A DNA stretch of 64,000 nucleotides. Origin: Felis catus (taxonomy: Eukaryota). Where the stretch lies: assembly GCF_018350175.1 (NCBI RefSeq), contig NC_058368.1, positions 225,248,001 to 225,312,000 of the forward strand, in the 5' to 3' direction. The position numbers were made by a program, and so were the translations under genes. Of the stretch, positions 1 through 14,591 are shown in pieces (position 1 is the stretch's first letter; each line of letters begins with the position of its first letter). The notes below the pieces were generated by a model. It saw nothing but the letters and a program-made list of their open reading frames with translations, did not search any database and was not told the DNA's origin.

Positions 1-1049
1 TGGTCAAAATTCATCTCTGTCTGCTCATTTCCACTCTATATGTGAATTTCCTGTCTGGAATGCATTTAATGGTTGAAGGAGGAAAAAGGCAGTAAGCTGA
101 AAGATGACTAAAATAATGTTCCTAGTCTGAAGGAAGGCCTTTATTATGTTATGAAAGAAAGAATTAATCTTATGTAGCTTTAAAAAAAAAAAAAAAAAGA
201 ATGGCTTTTGGTCATGATCCACTTCGGATATCCAATGGACTCTATTTGACCTAATTTTTGGTTATTTCTCCCTCAGAAGTGGGGGCAAACATACAGGGTA
301 AAAATACAATTAAACCCACTCTAATCTCCTAAACAACCACAAAGCAATAAGTGAAAACATAAAGCGGTAAGTCGGACCAGTGTCTTAAGTTGTCGTTTAC
401 AACTCTTTCATTGAGTTCTCAATTAGCCAGTATGCAGGAATGTCAAAATAATTTCAGCTCTGCTATTTCAAGATATATTCTGGTTCATGAGGTTAGAGCT
501 GAGAAACAGAAAACCTGACAGGCCTGCCTTTTCTATATATTCTCCAATTCTATCACGGAAACCTATACACCAGTTTAGAGGTCACGGAATAGAAGACGAA
601 GTGGAAATGTGGGGTGCATTCTGCCCATAACATAGGGGTGCCTCTTTGTGAATACACAGCATGAAATTCTATATAGCTATCCCCAGAGGCTTAAGGCTAT
701 GTTGGTCTACAAACCTAAAATCTGTGTTACTAAAATTGGTTTTCTGAAACACAGGGCCACTTTCTATTCTTTAAACCCAGCTGTGATTCATTTCTGGGCA
801 GGAAATGAATGTACATAATCAAGTTGTAAGAAAGTCTCCAACCCTATTTGTTTTTTCAAACACAAAGTTAATAAATGCCCCTACATTTTAGGCTAATTTT
901 CTTACATTAGTTATAGTGGGGTATCAGAGGGAGGCTTATAGAATCCACCAGAACCCTGGAAAAGCAGGGAAGTCTGGTTATTTCCCAAGACCACAGGGGT
1001 GAAAACCTTGCATATACCGAGGGGTAAATTAAAATTACAATTTAAATCT

Positions 1050-1270
1050 GGGGCGCCTGGGTGGCGCAGTCGGTTAAGCGTCCGACTTCAGCCAGGTCAC
1101 GATCTCGCGGTCCGTGAGTTCGAGCCCCGCGTCAGGCTCTGGGCTGATGGCTCGGAGCCTGGAGCCTGTTTCCAATTCTGTGTCTCCCTCTCTCTCTGCC
1201 CCTCCCCCATTCATGCTCTGTCTCTCTCTGTCCCAAAAATAAATAAAAAACGTTGAAAAAAAAATTAAAA
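1050..1270 (+). mobile_element. CAN-SINE, young felid subfamily (SINEC_Fc-like)
   Basis: ggggcgcctgggtggcgcagtcggttaagcg tRNA-derived head, CT tract, A tail. Confidence 0.95.
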
Positions 1271-4200
1271 TCTAACGGTTTCCTGTGTGTCAAGCACAAT
1301 CCTAATCCTAAACACATTACGAGATTATTTTATTTAACATTCTCAATAGTACCACAATGTAGTAAGTATACCGTTAGAATCCTCTTACACATATGGAAAT
1401 TCTAACTAACGGAGGTCATGGGGCACAACTAGAAGCAAAAGCCAAATCCAGCATGTAAGGTGAGAAGGCACCACCCAAGAGGTCAGAGGGAAGTTCATGA
1501 GCAAGCTTCCCACAGGACAGAGCTCATCTCAGGAATGTTACCCTCCCTGGGTCACAAGGTTGGTGCCGACGTGGGGTGACTCAGAACTCAAGATGTTGTC
1601 AAGATAATGATGAAATTCTGAACTTCAGATACTCTCTGCCCATAAACTTTTCATCACCCCATTTGTCAGTGGGGCTTTGTATCAGTATCCTTAAAAAAAA
1701 TAAGGAGAGTAGTAGGTATGCGTTTTAATTACATTTCTCATAGTTTTACTTCTAATTTTGAGAGAAATCAGTTGGTGTAGCAAGTTGTGAGTTGAAACAT
1801 CTAAGCTAAAAAAAAAAAAAAAAGCAGTTAAAATAAAAAATCAGCAGCAAAGAATCCCCCCTGGAAATGATTTAAACCTCAATCTGAGCTACAGTGAAGG
1901 CTAAGCCTACCTTTGCATTTCTCCACATCTGGAACATTCACTAGCCATTAAAAACTCAGACCAACGCTGATGCACTGAACTGACCTCATAGTGTGGATAC
2001 AATAACCAGACACTTAAGCTGATCTCTTACCAGAGTTGTCCTTTAAAATTACAAGACCAATTCGATGTCACCAGGGCCAAAACTACACACTAACGGCTTC
2101 GACGTGGCGTAGAAAATAACTAGGGGTCAACAACAACCGAAGAGACTGCACTGTGTTAAATCTGGAAAGTCCTGTACAAGAATTATTTCACGGAGTGCCC
2201 GCATGTTGCGTCATGGGTGACTCCTAAGATGTTGCTAATGAATCCCAACTCCTCAGCACACCTGCCCTGAATCCTTGCAAGTCACTTAACCTTATTGTCC
2301 TTCCATTTCCTCTACAGAAAAAAAAAAAAAAAAAATGTCAACCTTAGGGGAATTTCGTGGGAAGCATTGGTATAACGTTTGACATTTCACGGGCCTGCAA
2401 GAAACGTTAAATTCCCTTCCCCGTCATTTAATTTTGCGATTCCTAGGTAGGTCTGTGCTTGTAAACCCCACGAGAATAGTAGAACATGGGCTCCACACAC
2501 ACAGGCACAGTAATCAAAAGACGATTTAACAATATTTTGAAATGTCACCAAGAAGATTTTTGGTATGTGCGTTTCAAGCTTGCTCTTGCCGACCGGGTGG
2601 ATGCGGAAAAGAAGTTGGTACACCTATCTGTTGTCATCACGTTGCTGAGAGTAAATTTGTCTACTCTTTGGATGTGAATGTTCTATGCACCTAAGATTCT
2701 CAAGAGGTTACAGGTCTTTTTAAAAAGATCAACAGTCTGTGATAGCAAGAAATTATTTTCTAGACAGAAGTAAAAATTATAGACCGGTCACCAAATCTAA
2801 TGACTCCTAATTTGAGCTGGGTACCAGAGCGACCACGGAAGAAATATTATTTCATCTTCCTACCATCTCTTCATCATTTGTTCCAAGGAAACAAGGGAAA
2901 ATTCCGTTTCAGTCATCGGGATGAAGGCAGAACCCAAATTCTGCAGTTAAAATTCATTTATTGCCTATAATACACGTGGAAGGCCAAAAACTTGATCGAC
3001 GCCTTAGCGCAGCTAATAAGCTAAACAAATTGCTTAGGAGGGAAGGTCACACTGTCAAATGCCCCCTTTTTTCCCAGCATTCTGTGGAGGACTTTTTTTT
3101 TCTTTTACCAAGTACCAACACGTTCATACTTTTAAGGTCCGAACATGGTGTTTTAAATCTCCCACAGCTGTCCTGTGACTTACTCCCCCAATAAAAGCAA
3201 ACCTCTCTCTAGTTAATTAATCCCACGTGGCTATAAACAAATATTCCAGAGAATTCAAGTTCTGCTTGTTGGTGAAAAGAGGAGAGAAAGGGTCACTCTA
3301 GCACGGTTCGCTGATCAAAGCGACTGACACGTTTCTTTGTTGGCAGCTAATGACTTCTCCTAATAAATGACCGTGTATACTCATGAACTTTCATGAAAAC
3401 TCCAAAGGTGTGTTTCTCTAACGTCTTCAAGCGGATGAAGGCACGTGAAAGAACAACTCCCTAGCTAGGCAGGCAAGGTAAGATGATGGGTTCAGGCCTC
3501 AGAAATAGGTACATGAACAAAAGTAATAAATGGCCTAAAAATTAGATTTTAATTCTTTCTCCAAACATCTTGTTGAATCTTGAAGCTGACAAGCCCTTTT
3601 TTTTATAGAAAACAAAATCCTGCTTACGAGCTCATGTTCAACTATGAAGTTGAAGACTATACGTATCTATAAAGAAAAGAAATGTGACCCCCATATATCG
3701 CCACTATAGCAAACCTTATAAAAATGACTCTGACTCTTGACAGCTTAAATTTTACATTAAAAAAAAAATTTTGTTTGGGGGATTAAGGGCAAGAAATAAT
3801 TTGAAAGGTTATGTTGTAGTCAACATACTCTAATAGAGATGATCTCCCCTACAAGGTTCTCCCAAGTCTTTGTTCCTTTCACTCCAGAGAGCCTATCAGG
3901 GAACATGGAAGATGCTTCTTAGCCATTCAAATCACCTAAGTCATGTTTATTTTGTACACACAACCCTCAGGGGACACCGGGTCAAAATCACGTCTGTACA
4001 GAGCTGAATTATCACTTAATTTCATTAAGTAACAATTCTTACAAACGCTAATATGATCAGCGCATCCAGAACTTTCCTGATGGGCACTTACATTCTTTTC
4101 TTACCTTAAAACAAACCAATCCACCATCAGCACAGCCTCCTAGCCTCCTGAATTAAAATCTGGTCTTTCATTTTGAGACAATGAAGGCAGAAGGGCTGAG

Positions 4201-4516
4201 GACAAAATGTCACTTAGAAAAAGGTTACGTAAATTATAAATCTTTTAAGACACGTCAAAAACAAGCCCCCTCGCACTCAGTATGAAAGTTTGCTAAAAAT
4301 GGCAAGCATGCAGAGTGCTGGTCCCAGCTGTCACTAATTTGCTTAAGAGTCTGAGCAAATCACCTTCCCCTCTGGGTCTCAAATTTCCTATTCAGTAAAA
4401 TGAAGATATTGAAAATTCGTGCTCTTGGTGGGGAAGGTGGAAATGTGTGCATATATTTTATGAAGGCTTATGACACTAACAAAATGCTATGTGTGTGAAA
4501 AATGGGTTACGATCAG

Positions 4517-4854
4517 TGCTATGGTCGGAATGCTTGTGTCCTCCCCCAAACTCGTAAGGTGAAAGCTCATCTCTGAGGTGACAGTATTAGGAAGCAGGAC
4601 CTTTGGGAGATCCTGGGCATGGAGCCTTCATGAATGGGATAGGTGCCCTTATAAGAGACCCCACAGAGCGCTTCAGCCCCTCCCACCACGTGAGGACAGA
4701 GGAAGAAGTCGGCACTAGGCCCCAGAGCCCAATTATGCTACACCCTGACCTTGGAATTTTATTGCCTCCAGAGCCGTGAGAAATAAATTCCTGTTGTTTA
4801 TAAGTCACCCAGTCTATGATACTTTCTTATAGCAGCTTGAACAGATGAAAGCCA
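4517..4854 (+). mobile_element. MaLR solo LTR (MLT1A-like)
   Basis: tgctatgg...start; aataaattcctgttgtttataagtcacccagtctatg end. Confidence 0.8.
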
Positions 4855-5692
4855 TCAGTAAAGCTCTATATGCCTGCTAATTATTATCATAAAAACTTAC
4901 ACACCACCTTGCACCCTGAAGATTGACATCCAGTCGGTTTCCTGCTATAGTTGGATTTCTTTGTAGATATAATTAATGTACGATAAATGTTCAGTACCTT
5001 CAACACACGTGAAACTTGTTAAAAGTTAGAAATAAAAACTTACAAAACAACACCCAAGTATTGACCAAAAAACATTTTCTGATGTTTTCAATTACACTTA
5101 GGATATGTTTTCAGAATAATGCATCAGCTCCGTAAGTAATGAGTGGGGGCAGAACTGAACCCTGAAAACACTTCAGATGAAGACGTAACTGTCAGAAAAA
5201 TTATGCTTCGTTAGTTTTGCTCATGCAGAACTATTTCATCGCGTTGTGTTTATAGAAGACGCTCAGTTGTTTCCCTTGACCTACTTTTGATGGGTCATCT
5301 ACCAACCCTTGGTGGTCCTGCTGGCCAAGACGTGCCCTATGCCAAACTCTAAGAAGAAGCACTTTCTAGAAACAATCAAACGCTAACCACCTCCCCTTTT
5401 ATGCAATGCTAAAAATATTTTAAAACTACCTTTTCAAAAGAATTTAAGTCAATCTATGGAAGATCCATGACAGGCTCCTGAAGCTAACATGACTTGCAGT
5501 TGACTGTTGGTTGAGGAAAACCATGTGGGAAGACTTCTTAGGTTCAATTTGCTAGAACAATATATCCACCTAAAACTCAAAAGCAAAAGTCAATAGTGAC
5601 ATGAAAGGATTACTAAGCCTCAGAAGCCAAATTAAAACAATTTCCTTGTCCCATCCTATATCCTGTGAGAATCATTTAAATATATAAGTCAA

Positions 5693-5790
5693 GGGGTCCT
5701 GGCTGGCTCAGTTGGTAGAGCATGAGACTCTTGATCTCAGGGTCTTGAGTTCAAGTCCCATGATGGGTATAGAGTTTACTTAAATAAATT
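5693..5790 (+). mobile_element. Short old tRNA-derived CAN-SINE (no CT tract)
   Basis: ggctggctcagttggtagagcatgagactcttgatctcagggtc...gttcaagtccc with A and B boxes. Confidence 0.85.
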
Positions 5791-5895
5791 ATATATATAT
5801 ATGTAATATATGTATATATTATATACATATATTATATATGTGATAATAATATATTATGTATATTAAATTTATATAAATATACATATATATATTTA
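5789..5895. repeat. Degenerate (TA)n microsatellite
   Basis: Alternating TA-rich tract after the SINE tail. Confidence 0.9.
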
Positions 5896-6375
5896 AATTC
5901 AGTTAGTTATGGAAGACTATTTAAGTAACCAGTTTCCTGCATATAAAAAAAAGCCTTTATAAAACAGAAACTTGCACCAGGTGGAAATTATTCTCTTGCC
6001 ACCACCATGGGAAAAAAAATAACTTGAATTTTATGGAAAAGGGTAGAATTCTTGAGACAGAATAAATATTAAGATAGTCCAGTACCACAAAAGTGGTCTG
6101 AATATTGCTAAAGTTGAAGGTTGTAGCTGAGGACTCATTCTCTTTTCCTTCAGACTTGAGAAGTCTGAAGAGCTTAACACACAAACACTTACAATCACTT
6201 ACACCACTTACTTTGGGTAGAACCATTTTTGTTTTGTGTTTGAGCACAGAAACAGGGGATATTTCTTTCAAGGAAAAAAAAATCCAACTTGTTTATAAAG
6301 GTCTGTATTTTTTCTGAATTTTCTTATGTGTTCAGAACCTCATTAAACAGTTTTATCTAAGAAATGTCTCATGAA

Positions 6376-6625
6376 TTGTTTTTTTTTATTTTTTTAATGT
6401 TTTTATTATTATTATTATTATTATTTTTTTTTTTTTTTTGAGACAGAGAGAGACAGAGCATGTGCAGGGAAGGGGCAGAGCGAGAGAGAGACAGAGAATC
6501 GGAAGCAGGCTCCAGGCTCTGAGCTGTCAGCACAGAGCCTGACACGGGGCTCGAACTCACGGACCGCGAGATCATGACCTGAGCCGAAGTCGGACGCTTA
6601 ACCGACTGAGCCACCCAGGCGCCCC
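6376..6625 (-). mobile_element. CAN-SINE with (AAT)n expanded in its tail
   Basis: Reverse-complement head ...ctgagccacccaggcgcccc; (att)n near 6405-6425. Confidence 0.95.
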
Positions 6626-8970
6626 AGGTGTTGTTTTGTTTTGTTTTGTTTTTTCAATCAAGCAGGAATTCATTTCTACATTTATTGTCAGGGACAAATG
6701 ACACAAAACAAAATTAGGACGCATCAACTTTTTACAAAGCTACAGAAAGCAACATTTTACAAGACTTTGTTGGGAGTTTGTAAGTTGAGAAAGAGTTCAG
6801 GCCAGTTACAGGTTTTAAATGCCAACTTTGCTCTGGGAGGTCATGGTCAGCACGAGGTCACGGTGACTTGAAAACAGTAAGGGCAAAGATTCACTATGTT
6901 CACATAAAAGAGAGAGCAAGGGCAAGAGTGAGGAGAATGAGATCAATGAGAGGAAGTTTCTTATTTTGAATCAAGTCTCTCCACCCTCGCTATACCACTT
7001 CTTCTGAAAATCTACTCCTCCATCCGATCCAATCTTTATCTGCATCTTTTTTACTCATGGAAACTGCAGCCAGCTTTTCTAGCAAGATGCCTTCCGGGCA
7101 CCCAAGAATGAGAGTATCTAGCAGTGTAAGGTTTCTCCTTGGACTCCACGGTGAGTGGCATTTTGAATCAGGGAGCCCATGAAAATAGTTTCTCTGTTCT
7201 CCAGTGCTCAGAAAGGGGCTCAGTTTGGGTGCGTGAAGCCCTTGAGCTGACTTGCTGCTCAGTCCTCTCCATAGAAGACATTCTCCCTCTTCTAGAACTG
7301 AAGCTCTCAAATCCTCTGGCTCCTACCACGCAAAAACACAGGCCCTGACCCCCTGCCTTTGGTTTTGGTAAAAAAAAAAAAACAAAAAAAAAAACAAAAA
7401 CAAAAAAACAAAAACTACCAATGTTTTAAAACATAGGAAGGCATAGCCCTAGTTACCTGGATAGAATCTAATCGATATTTTCACCATTATGGAAGTTGTT
7501 CCTATAGTAACCATAGGGTTTCTGGGAGCTCTCATTTACCCTTTCCTTTCTTCAGACCCTGAAATAAAACACTTACTAAAGAGTCTGGTTGGGTGCAGAT
7601 GAGAGAGGAAAGGAGAAATGTTGGATCAAAAGGGGTTCTGAGTAAGAGAAGCAAAGAAGCACTGTCATGACCGACTTTGAGATTTCAGTCCTTTGAGGCC
7701 ACCGATTTTCGCTCGTCCCCCACTCCCTCCAAATAGCTTTCAAGAACCCGTCTGTATCTCGGTAGCAAGCAAAATTACTGGCAATTAAGTATTAGTATTC
7801 ATCTTAGCCCATGTATTGAATTTTCGATGTCTCGATTTGCACAGGGCCACCCCTTACAATTGTCGAATCTTCGTTTCAGTAATCCTCGGTTGGTCAGTAT
7901 CCATTAGTGTCGCCCCAGTCTTTGGAACAAAACTGCAAGCCCCAATTACAGCAGTGTCGCTCTTCAGAAAATGCAACCTTGCATAATGACATAGTTTCCA
8001 GGCATTCGCTACCCCCAAACCCCAGGGGATTACATGCACTGTATTTTCTCTCTCCAATCACTACATACTCCACAATGTCACCCACTTGCATTTCTTACTA
8101 ATATGTTCACGTTTTTGTCACTACGTCAGTGAACACCACCACAAGTCTGTGACAAGGAAAATCACTTGTATACTTAACTGGTATATACAACCAGACCACA
8201 CCAAACGAAAAAAAAAAAAAAAAGACTAATATAGAATTTCTCCCATATGATCTAAAAGTTACTATATTTACCACTTCACATGCTATTCCTATTTATGTCT
8301 TCTTTCTCTGTGCTAATAATATCTAGGCACCTCCTATACAAGATGTACAAAGGTCCCATCCATTGCCAAGATTTTTATTCTGAAAACGCAAATCTGGATT
8401 AATTAACCATTTCATCTCCAACCAGGAGAACCGAGTTTTTAAGGATGACATCAACCAGACTACAATGAGGATGACTCCACGCACATAGCAAAACACAACA
8501 TGAATGAATATGCCACGGCAGGTGTCACAGGCTGGGGCATTATTCCCAGTTTGATTGCCGCTTCATGATATGATCAAGACCGACTAGAGTCTCCTTTTGA
8601 TTCTGTTTCCATTTCAGAATCAGAAGAAAATACATCTGCTTCACACAAATGCTGAGAACGAATCTGTGCTTCCTGACACGGTTAAATGTGTGGCCAGAGT
8701 GTATTAACTGTACTCTTGAACAAGTAATTATCACTCTGAATTCAGGGCTGCAAAGCTCCCACAGGTTTATAAGCAAAGCAATCCATGATTGATTTTAAGG
8801 TAACCTGCAAAGTTAGAACTCATGAATTATATCTGCAGACAAACTCTTCACCAGACCAACTGGGTTTATAATTACTGCGGCCTAAAAAAATACCCAAGTT
8901 ACTGGTTAGCTGAAGCAAATATTAGGGTAAGAGAAAAGGGGGGGAAATTACCTTTAAGAAAGAATTCACA

Positions 8971-9172
8971 AGAGCACCGGGGTGGCTTAGTCGGTTAAGC
9001 ATCAAGACTCCATGATTTCAGCTCAGGTCATGATCTCCCAGTTCCAGAAGGGGCCTCACACTGGGGCAGAGCCTGCTTGGGATTCTCTCTCCCTCCCTCC
9101 CTCCCCACTGCTCATGTGTGTGCGCGCTCTCTCTCTCTCTCAAAATAAATAAACAAACATTAAAGAAAAAGA
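8971..9172 (+). mobile_element. CAN-SINE (diverged)
   Basis: gtggcttagtcggttaagc...ctcaggtcatgatctc, CT tract, A tail. Confidence 0.9.
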
Positions 9173-9247
9173 ATTTATAAAGAATGAAGAAACACGACAT
9201 ATTCAAAAACTATATTCGATAAGAACAGATATGCCCCAATATGCAGT

Positions 9248-9472
9248 GGGGCGCCTGGGTGGCTCAGTTGGTTGAGCATCCGACTTTGGCTCAGGTCATG
9301 ATCTCCCAGTTCATGGGTTCAAGGCTCGCATGGGGCTCTCTGCTGTCAGCACAGGGCCCCGCTTCGGATCTTCTGTCCCCACTTCTCTCTGCCCCTCCTC
9401 TGCTCACACTTTCTCTCTCAAAAATAAACAAAACATTAACAAAAAAAAAAAAAGAAAAAAAAAACTTAAAAA
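9248..9472 (+). mobile_element. CAN-SINE
   Basis: Full head, body and tail; TSD-like ccaatatgcag/ccaacatgcag. Confidence 0.93.
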
Positions 9473-9539
9473 AGAATCCAACATGCAGAGTGGCCTCGAG
9501 AACTTCTAATGTTCAGAAATTATTCTAGAAGAGACTTAA

Positions 9540-10480
9540 TCTTCATAAGAAAAGAACTGTTTTGAGGTGGGTTCAAGTAGAAGCCATGCACAGAGACAAG
9601 TGAACCAAAAAACCTCCTCTCGTCTAGCAGGAGAGAGACGACATACAGAGACAATTAAAATGAGAGTAAGCTGAGTAAGCTAAGTGTTACAAGAGGGTGA
9701 AAAACCATACTTTTCCCAGAAGAGATAACCTTTAGTTGGAGGAAGGGCATCAGGAAAGTTTGATAGAGGAGATGGGGTCTGAGATAGTAGAAATATCAAA
9801 AGTATTTATACACATAGTACTTACTCTTACTGTATATTGGCTCGTTAACTGTCTCATCAATCCTATGGAGAAAGAATTATTATTACTACCCCCACTTTGC
9901 CCTGAGGAAACCAAGGCATGTTGTGGGTCAATAGCTCACCTGAGATCGTACAACTATTCCTCTGGAGGTGTTGGTGTGAACCCAAGCACGCTGGCACTTA
10001 CATGAGGTCTCGACCATCATGATAACCTCCCCGGACAGATAGCTACACTATCTATAGATGAAGACAGGAAAGTAGAAAGTCCAGTTAAGATTGTAAGAAA
10101 ACCCTCTTGACATTGAGGAGATAGGTGAGGATGTATTTACCTGGAGGGAGGGATGATGGAATATAAATCTATAAGGCTGTCTAATAGAATGTTTGTATTC
10201 AAATGGCAGAAAGTGGAAAAGCAGCTCTTAGAGGAGTCGCAAAGGGGAAAAAAGTATACGTCTCAGAAGGCAAAGGAAGAGAGGGTTTCAGGAAGCAGTT
10301 TGGCGGGTCTGCATGCTGCTGCACAAAGGCCAAGAGGGAAATTGCGTGACTCGATCTGGGGATAAGTTGCCCACTACTGACTCTGGAGTGACTCGGGTGG
10401 AGGAATGAAGATATAGGTCTCTCAGGAAGGGCTCACAGAGCGTAAGAGGAGCCAGGAGAGATATCCACAATGGTCAACAG
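9540..10480. mobile_element. Ancient L2 fragments with an embedded MIR (~9800-9990)
   Basis: Purine-rich L2-like text; MIR core attattactacccccactttgc...gaggaaaccaaggca. Confidence 0.5.
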
Positions 10481-12649
10481 AAAAGAGCGTTGCTACAGTA
10501 AAGGCAAGAGCCAAGACAAGAACTTGGAATGTTGTCAAGAAAGAGTTTGTAAGGGTTTGGAAGAAGAGAAAATACATATGGGAAGAGAGGAAGAGACAAA
10601 GAAGGAAGAAAGAAACGAAAGGAGAAACAGGAAGGAGAAATCACTGATTATTCAAGGTTCCGTAAGACTCGCTCAGAAAGTAAGTCAAAATTGGGCTTGG
10701 TAAAGCTTACCTACTATACAGATGGGGAGGGAGAGAAAGGAGTGAGGGCGAGTCCAAGGCCAGTGGCGTGCCCAGACTCAGCATCCACATCCCTCTCTTT
10801 CAAGTGAACACGGTCAACTCCGACTTATTCCACAACAAAGATTCACTACGATCTCAACAGGATCTCTCTGCAGGGCACGTTAACTCATGAGCATTTGAAA
10901 TAGTTGTTTACCTTTTAGTATTCCAGGTCTTTATTTTTCTAGTTATTTACCGTATCACTTAGCTTCTTTCATATTACAACACTTAGGATTTCTCAAGCAC
11001 ACAGAGAAAAAAGGACACCCATTTCATCAATTAAAGTGTTAAAGGATGAACACAGTGACCAATAAACCTGGAGAGGTCTTACTGGAAAACAATTTGATGT
11101 GCCCAAGTTAAAGCAAAGAGGTTCATCACATTATATATAAAAGGCTTGGAAATAAGGGAAGGCACATTTGGTCTCTAGACCCTTATTCTCAATGTAAATA
11201 TAAAAAGGGCATTCAATCTTAAGAACTACTTTGCTACACTTACTCTTTCCTGATCATGCAATCTGGTCTTGATCTTTAATAAGCCATCCATCTGTCTCAT
11301 CCTTGCTTAGCCCTTTTATATTCTGTTGTATTGGGCAGGGAGCTTTAACAGTAACACAGATCTAGTCTTACTGGAGCATTGACCTAAAGCCCTTCTTCAA
11401 ATTTCTCCAACACGTATCTGAAACCTCAAGAACAAAGGTTTTGTTTTACGGTTGTGAATCCACGATGGGTGCTCCATAAACATGGCAGGCTTACTCCACA
11501 CTGAGAAATGCAATTTTCAAATTATAAACGTATAAAATGAAAGAACCAGGAGTATAAATTTGGTTACATAAGCTCAGCTGTTACACAGCAGTAGAAATAA
11601 GTATGCTAAATTACAACCGAAATCCCCATTCCATTAAATGAGACATGGCCAAGTTCCAGAGATCATCCACGGTGGCGAATTCTACAGCATTAGGGCCCAT
11701 CACGTAATTAAGAGGAGGACGCACAAATCACTGTGAGACTTTTGAAGTTACTAAATGCATATTGTAGAAACCAATTTTTCAAAGTATATCTCCAGTTGGC
11801 TCTACAACTTTTAACCATACAACTGAATTTATGTGCTGCTATAAATATGACAGAGGACATTACGCATGGCTTTGAATAGGAGGTTGACCGAATGCAGACC
11901 TTATGCAGAGGGTTTTTTTTTTCCCCTCCCATTTAAAACATCCTGCCACACGCAGCAGACCATCAGAAAACATGTATTATTCATTCTCATCAATAGCCTA
12001 ATATGCTTTCTTTCAGAGTCGGCTGTGCATTTGCATCATTATTTATGTGCACTTAAGGAGTGGTCCTTTCAAGAGTCTTGGCTGCGACATTCTAACATTT
12101 GACTCCATATGAATCACCTGTTCTTTTCGCCAATAAAGCTAGTAAGTGAACCACAACCAACCCACGAAAGGCAAGCTAAGATCACTCCTGAACCACTCCT
12201 CCCGTCCACTACCGACCTGGGAAACTAATATGTCCTATGACTGCCACTAACTGAAAGCTCTCAAGACAGAATTAAACAAAGCCCAGGGAGAAACAAAACA
12301 GAACAGAACAAAACAAAACAACAACTTCCAGAAGCTGAGATATTCTGGGGGCTTACTGGTCAACCAGACAGATCATCCTAGGCTTGGAGCCGTAACAGAT
12401 GCGCTCAATGTAGTCCCCTGGACAAAGTCTGACTAGTAGCCAGGGAGAAGGGAGGAGACCCGGCGGTGCAGGGAAAAACCACAGTTTTATTTCCAGTATT
12501 TTCTATATCTAATCACGAAGGGCTGGTTCACACGTTTTATGACCACTTAAAATTGCCACATATTGACATTTTAATGTGCCTTTTTGTTCTGGTACCAATA
12601 GTAAATGTAGTCGTATTTCCAGTCCTGCTGCTATTTCATAGTTTGATCA

Positions 12650-12858
12650 TTTTCAAAGAAAACCATTCTATATATTTTGAGAGAGTGTGTGTGTGCCCGC
12701 ACGTGAGCGGGGCAGAGAGGGAGACACAGAATCTGAAGCAGGCTTCAGGCTCCCAGCTGTCAGCACAGAGCCCGACATGGAGCTTGAACTCACGAGCCAC
12801 GAGATCGCGACCTGAGCCAAAATGGGATGCTCAACCAACTAAGCCAGGCAGGCGCCCC
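12650..12858 (-). mobile_element. CAN-SINE (diverged)
   Basis: ggggcagagagggagacacagaatctgaagcaggc...ggcgcccc. Confidence 0.9.
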
Positions 12859-13469
12859 TACAGGTCCTTGATGTTTAAGCAAAGAATTTGCCCCTTTTTC
12901 CCCCCTTGGTGCTATGCTTAGCGCAAAACAAAGAAGAGTTTAGGAAACATGGGCTGAATTAAGGAAGAATACATTGAATCCACAGGCAAACAGTAAAAGC
13001 TGTCTCTTTTCAAGAGGCTACTGCAATGGTGAGCTTAAATAACACAAGGTCACCTTTAATGTCACTCATAATGCAGCCCCCCACTCTTACAAGTGGAGTA
13101 GATCTCTCAATATTTCCCATCCAAGCATTCCCTCCCCACACTTGCCTTCTTCAAGTTTGAGTCTCTTGGCCACTTAATGAGCCATTGAATAATAAGAAAA
13201 CATTGAAAGTCTGAGTCCCAGAGTGCTGTGAGATTGCAAAACATAACTGAGGGGTATTTCTTCCCAACCGGGAACTCCGAAAGCAAGACTACGTCTTTTA
13301 TCTCCACACCTGCTATAGTAAAAATTCAATCCATATCTCCTCGCGGAATGAATGAATAGGAACGATTTCTAATTGAAGCAACTGGAATTCAGTACCAACT
13401 TGCCCCTCATGTCGACGTCATTCAAAATCTTTTTATTTGGTGAAATTTAAAAACAACATGTCAAATAGA

Positions 13470-13645
13470 AGGAGTGAAATTTGAGAACAGCGGAATCACG
13501 CGAAGACCTTGTTAAGGATGCAGACCAAGGGGTCTTTTTCCAGATTCACTCATGGGTCTAGCGTGGGTCCTAAGAATCGTATTTCTTAAGAAGCTAACGT
13601 GGTAGAAGTGAAGCCAGTGGCTCAGGGGACACTCACTGAGGAGTT
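13470..13645. mobile_element. MER5-like hAT DNA transposon remnant
   Basis: gaatcac...cttgttaag...cagattc...aagaatcgtatttcttaagaagc pattern. Confidence 0.5.
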
Positions 13646-14369
13646 TGCAGCCACACGGGAGTCGGCTAATGGTTTTGCCTCATCTATAAAAACTGAAACA
13701 CGAAAATTCCAAAGACCAGTATGATTATTGGTAGCCATGAAGCAGAAAACGGGCATAGAAGAACACCTAGCTGGGTCTAACCCCGAGGTAAGGGGGGACA
13801 GAACAGGGTGGCGTCAGCCCCAATAAAATCTCGTCACCTACGGGGCCATCTTTGAGTTCTCTTTGCTGTCAGAATCACAAATACATTAGCATTATCACGA
13901 CTTCTCTCCCTCCCAGAACCTCTCCAGCCGCCAGCCATATCCCCCCCCTCACCTCCCTACCCCCCTGCTCTCCCCCCCAGCCCCATCATTAGTGCCACTT
14001 TTTAGCCACAGAAGGGGCACCACGCGAGCAGTCTGCAGAGAAGAGGAAGGTTCCAGACCGAAGAGCAGTGTTATATCAGCTGCAGAGAAGCACCCCCCGC
14101 ACCTACATCAGGCCTTAGGTGGTCCTTTGTTACTGCAGCAACTTTTCACACTGGGGGGACACACAGTAAGGCTCTGTAAACTCCCTTCTTACAGAACCAA
14201 AGCTTCAATTGTTGCTCTGGGTTTACAGCTCTCCCTGAGACAATATGCTTTTCTGGGAGCATCCATTTTATAGAATTAGACAACAGATTTTCCTCTTCTA
14301 CTTCAAATGGAGCTTTGACGGCTGGCCAGTGAGTTTTGAGCCCCCATCCAATACACCCTGTGGGGAGAA

Positions 14370-14560
14370 AGCACTTGGACAATGGGGTCAGCAGGCTGAG
14401 TTCGGCTGTGTGAACTTGGGTGGGGAAGTTCACCTCAGCAAACTCGGTCTCACCGACAAAAGAAAAAAAGGGGGAGGGGGTAGGAGTGAGGTTGTTAATA
14501 GCATTAACTGCAGTACTTGCACGAGAGAGCAAAGTTCAGCTCATGACACACAGTAGGTAT
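14370..14560. mobile_element. MIR
   Basis: ctgtgtgaacttggg...acacagtaggtattcag. Confidence 0.55.
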
Positions 14561-14591
14561 TCAGGAAATTTTCATTCACCTTTCTTTACCT

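Noticed and set aside
999..1256. Recurrent ORFs such as GAPGWRSRLSVRLQPGHDLAVREFEP and MAQSVKRPTSAQVMIS
   Set aside because: Translations of CAN-SINE copies, not a gene family
5693..5775. tRNA-like sequence with A and B boxes
   Set aside because: A SINE head with an A/T tail and no intact acceptor stem, so not a tRNA gene
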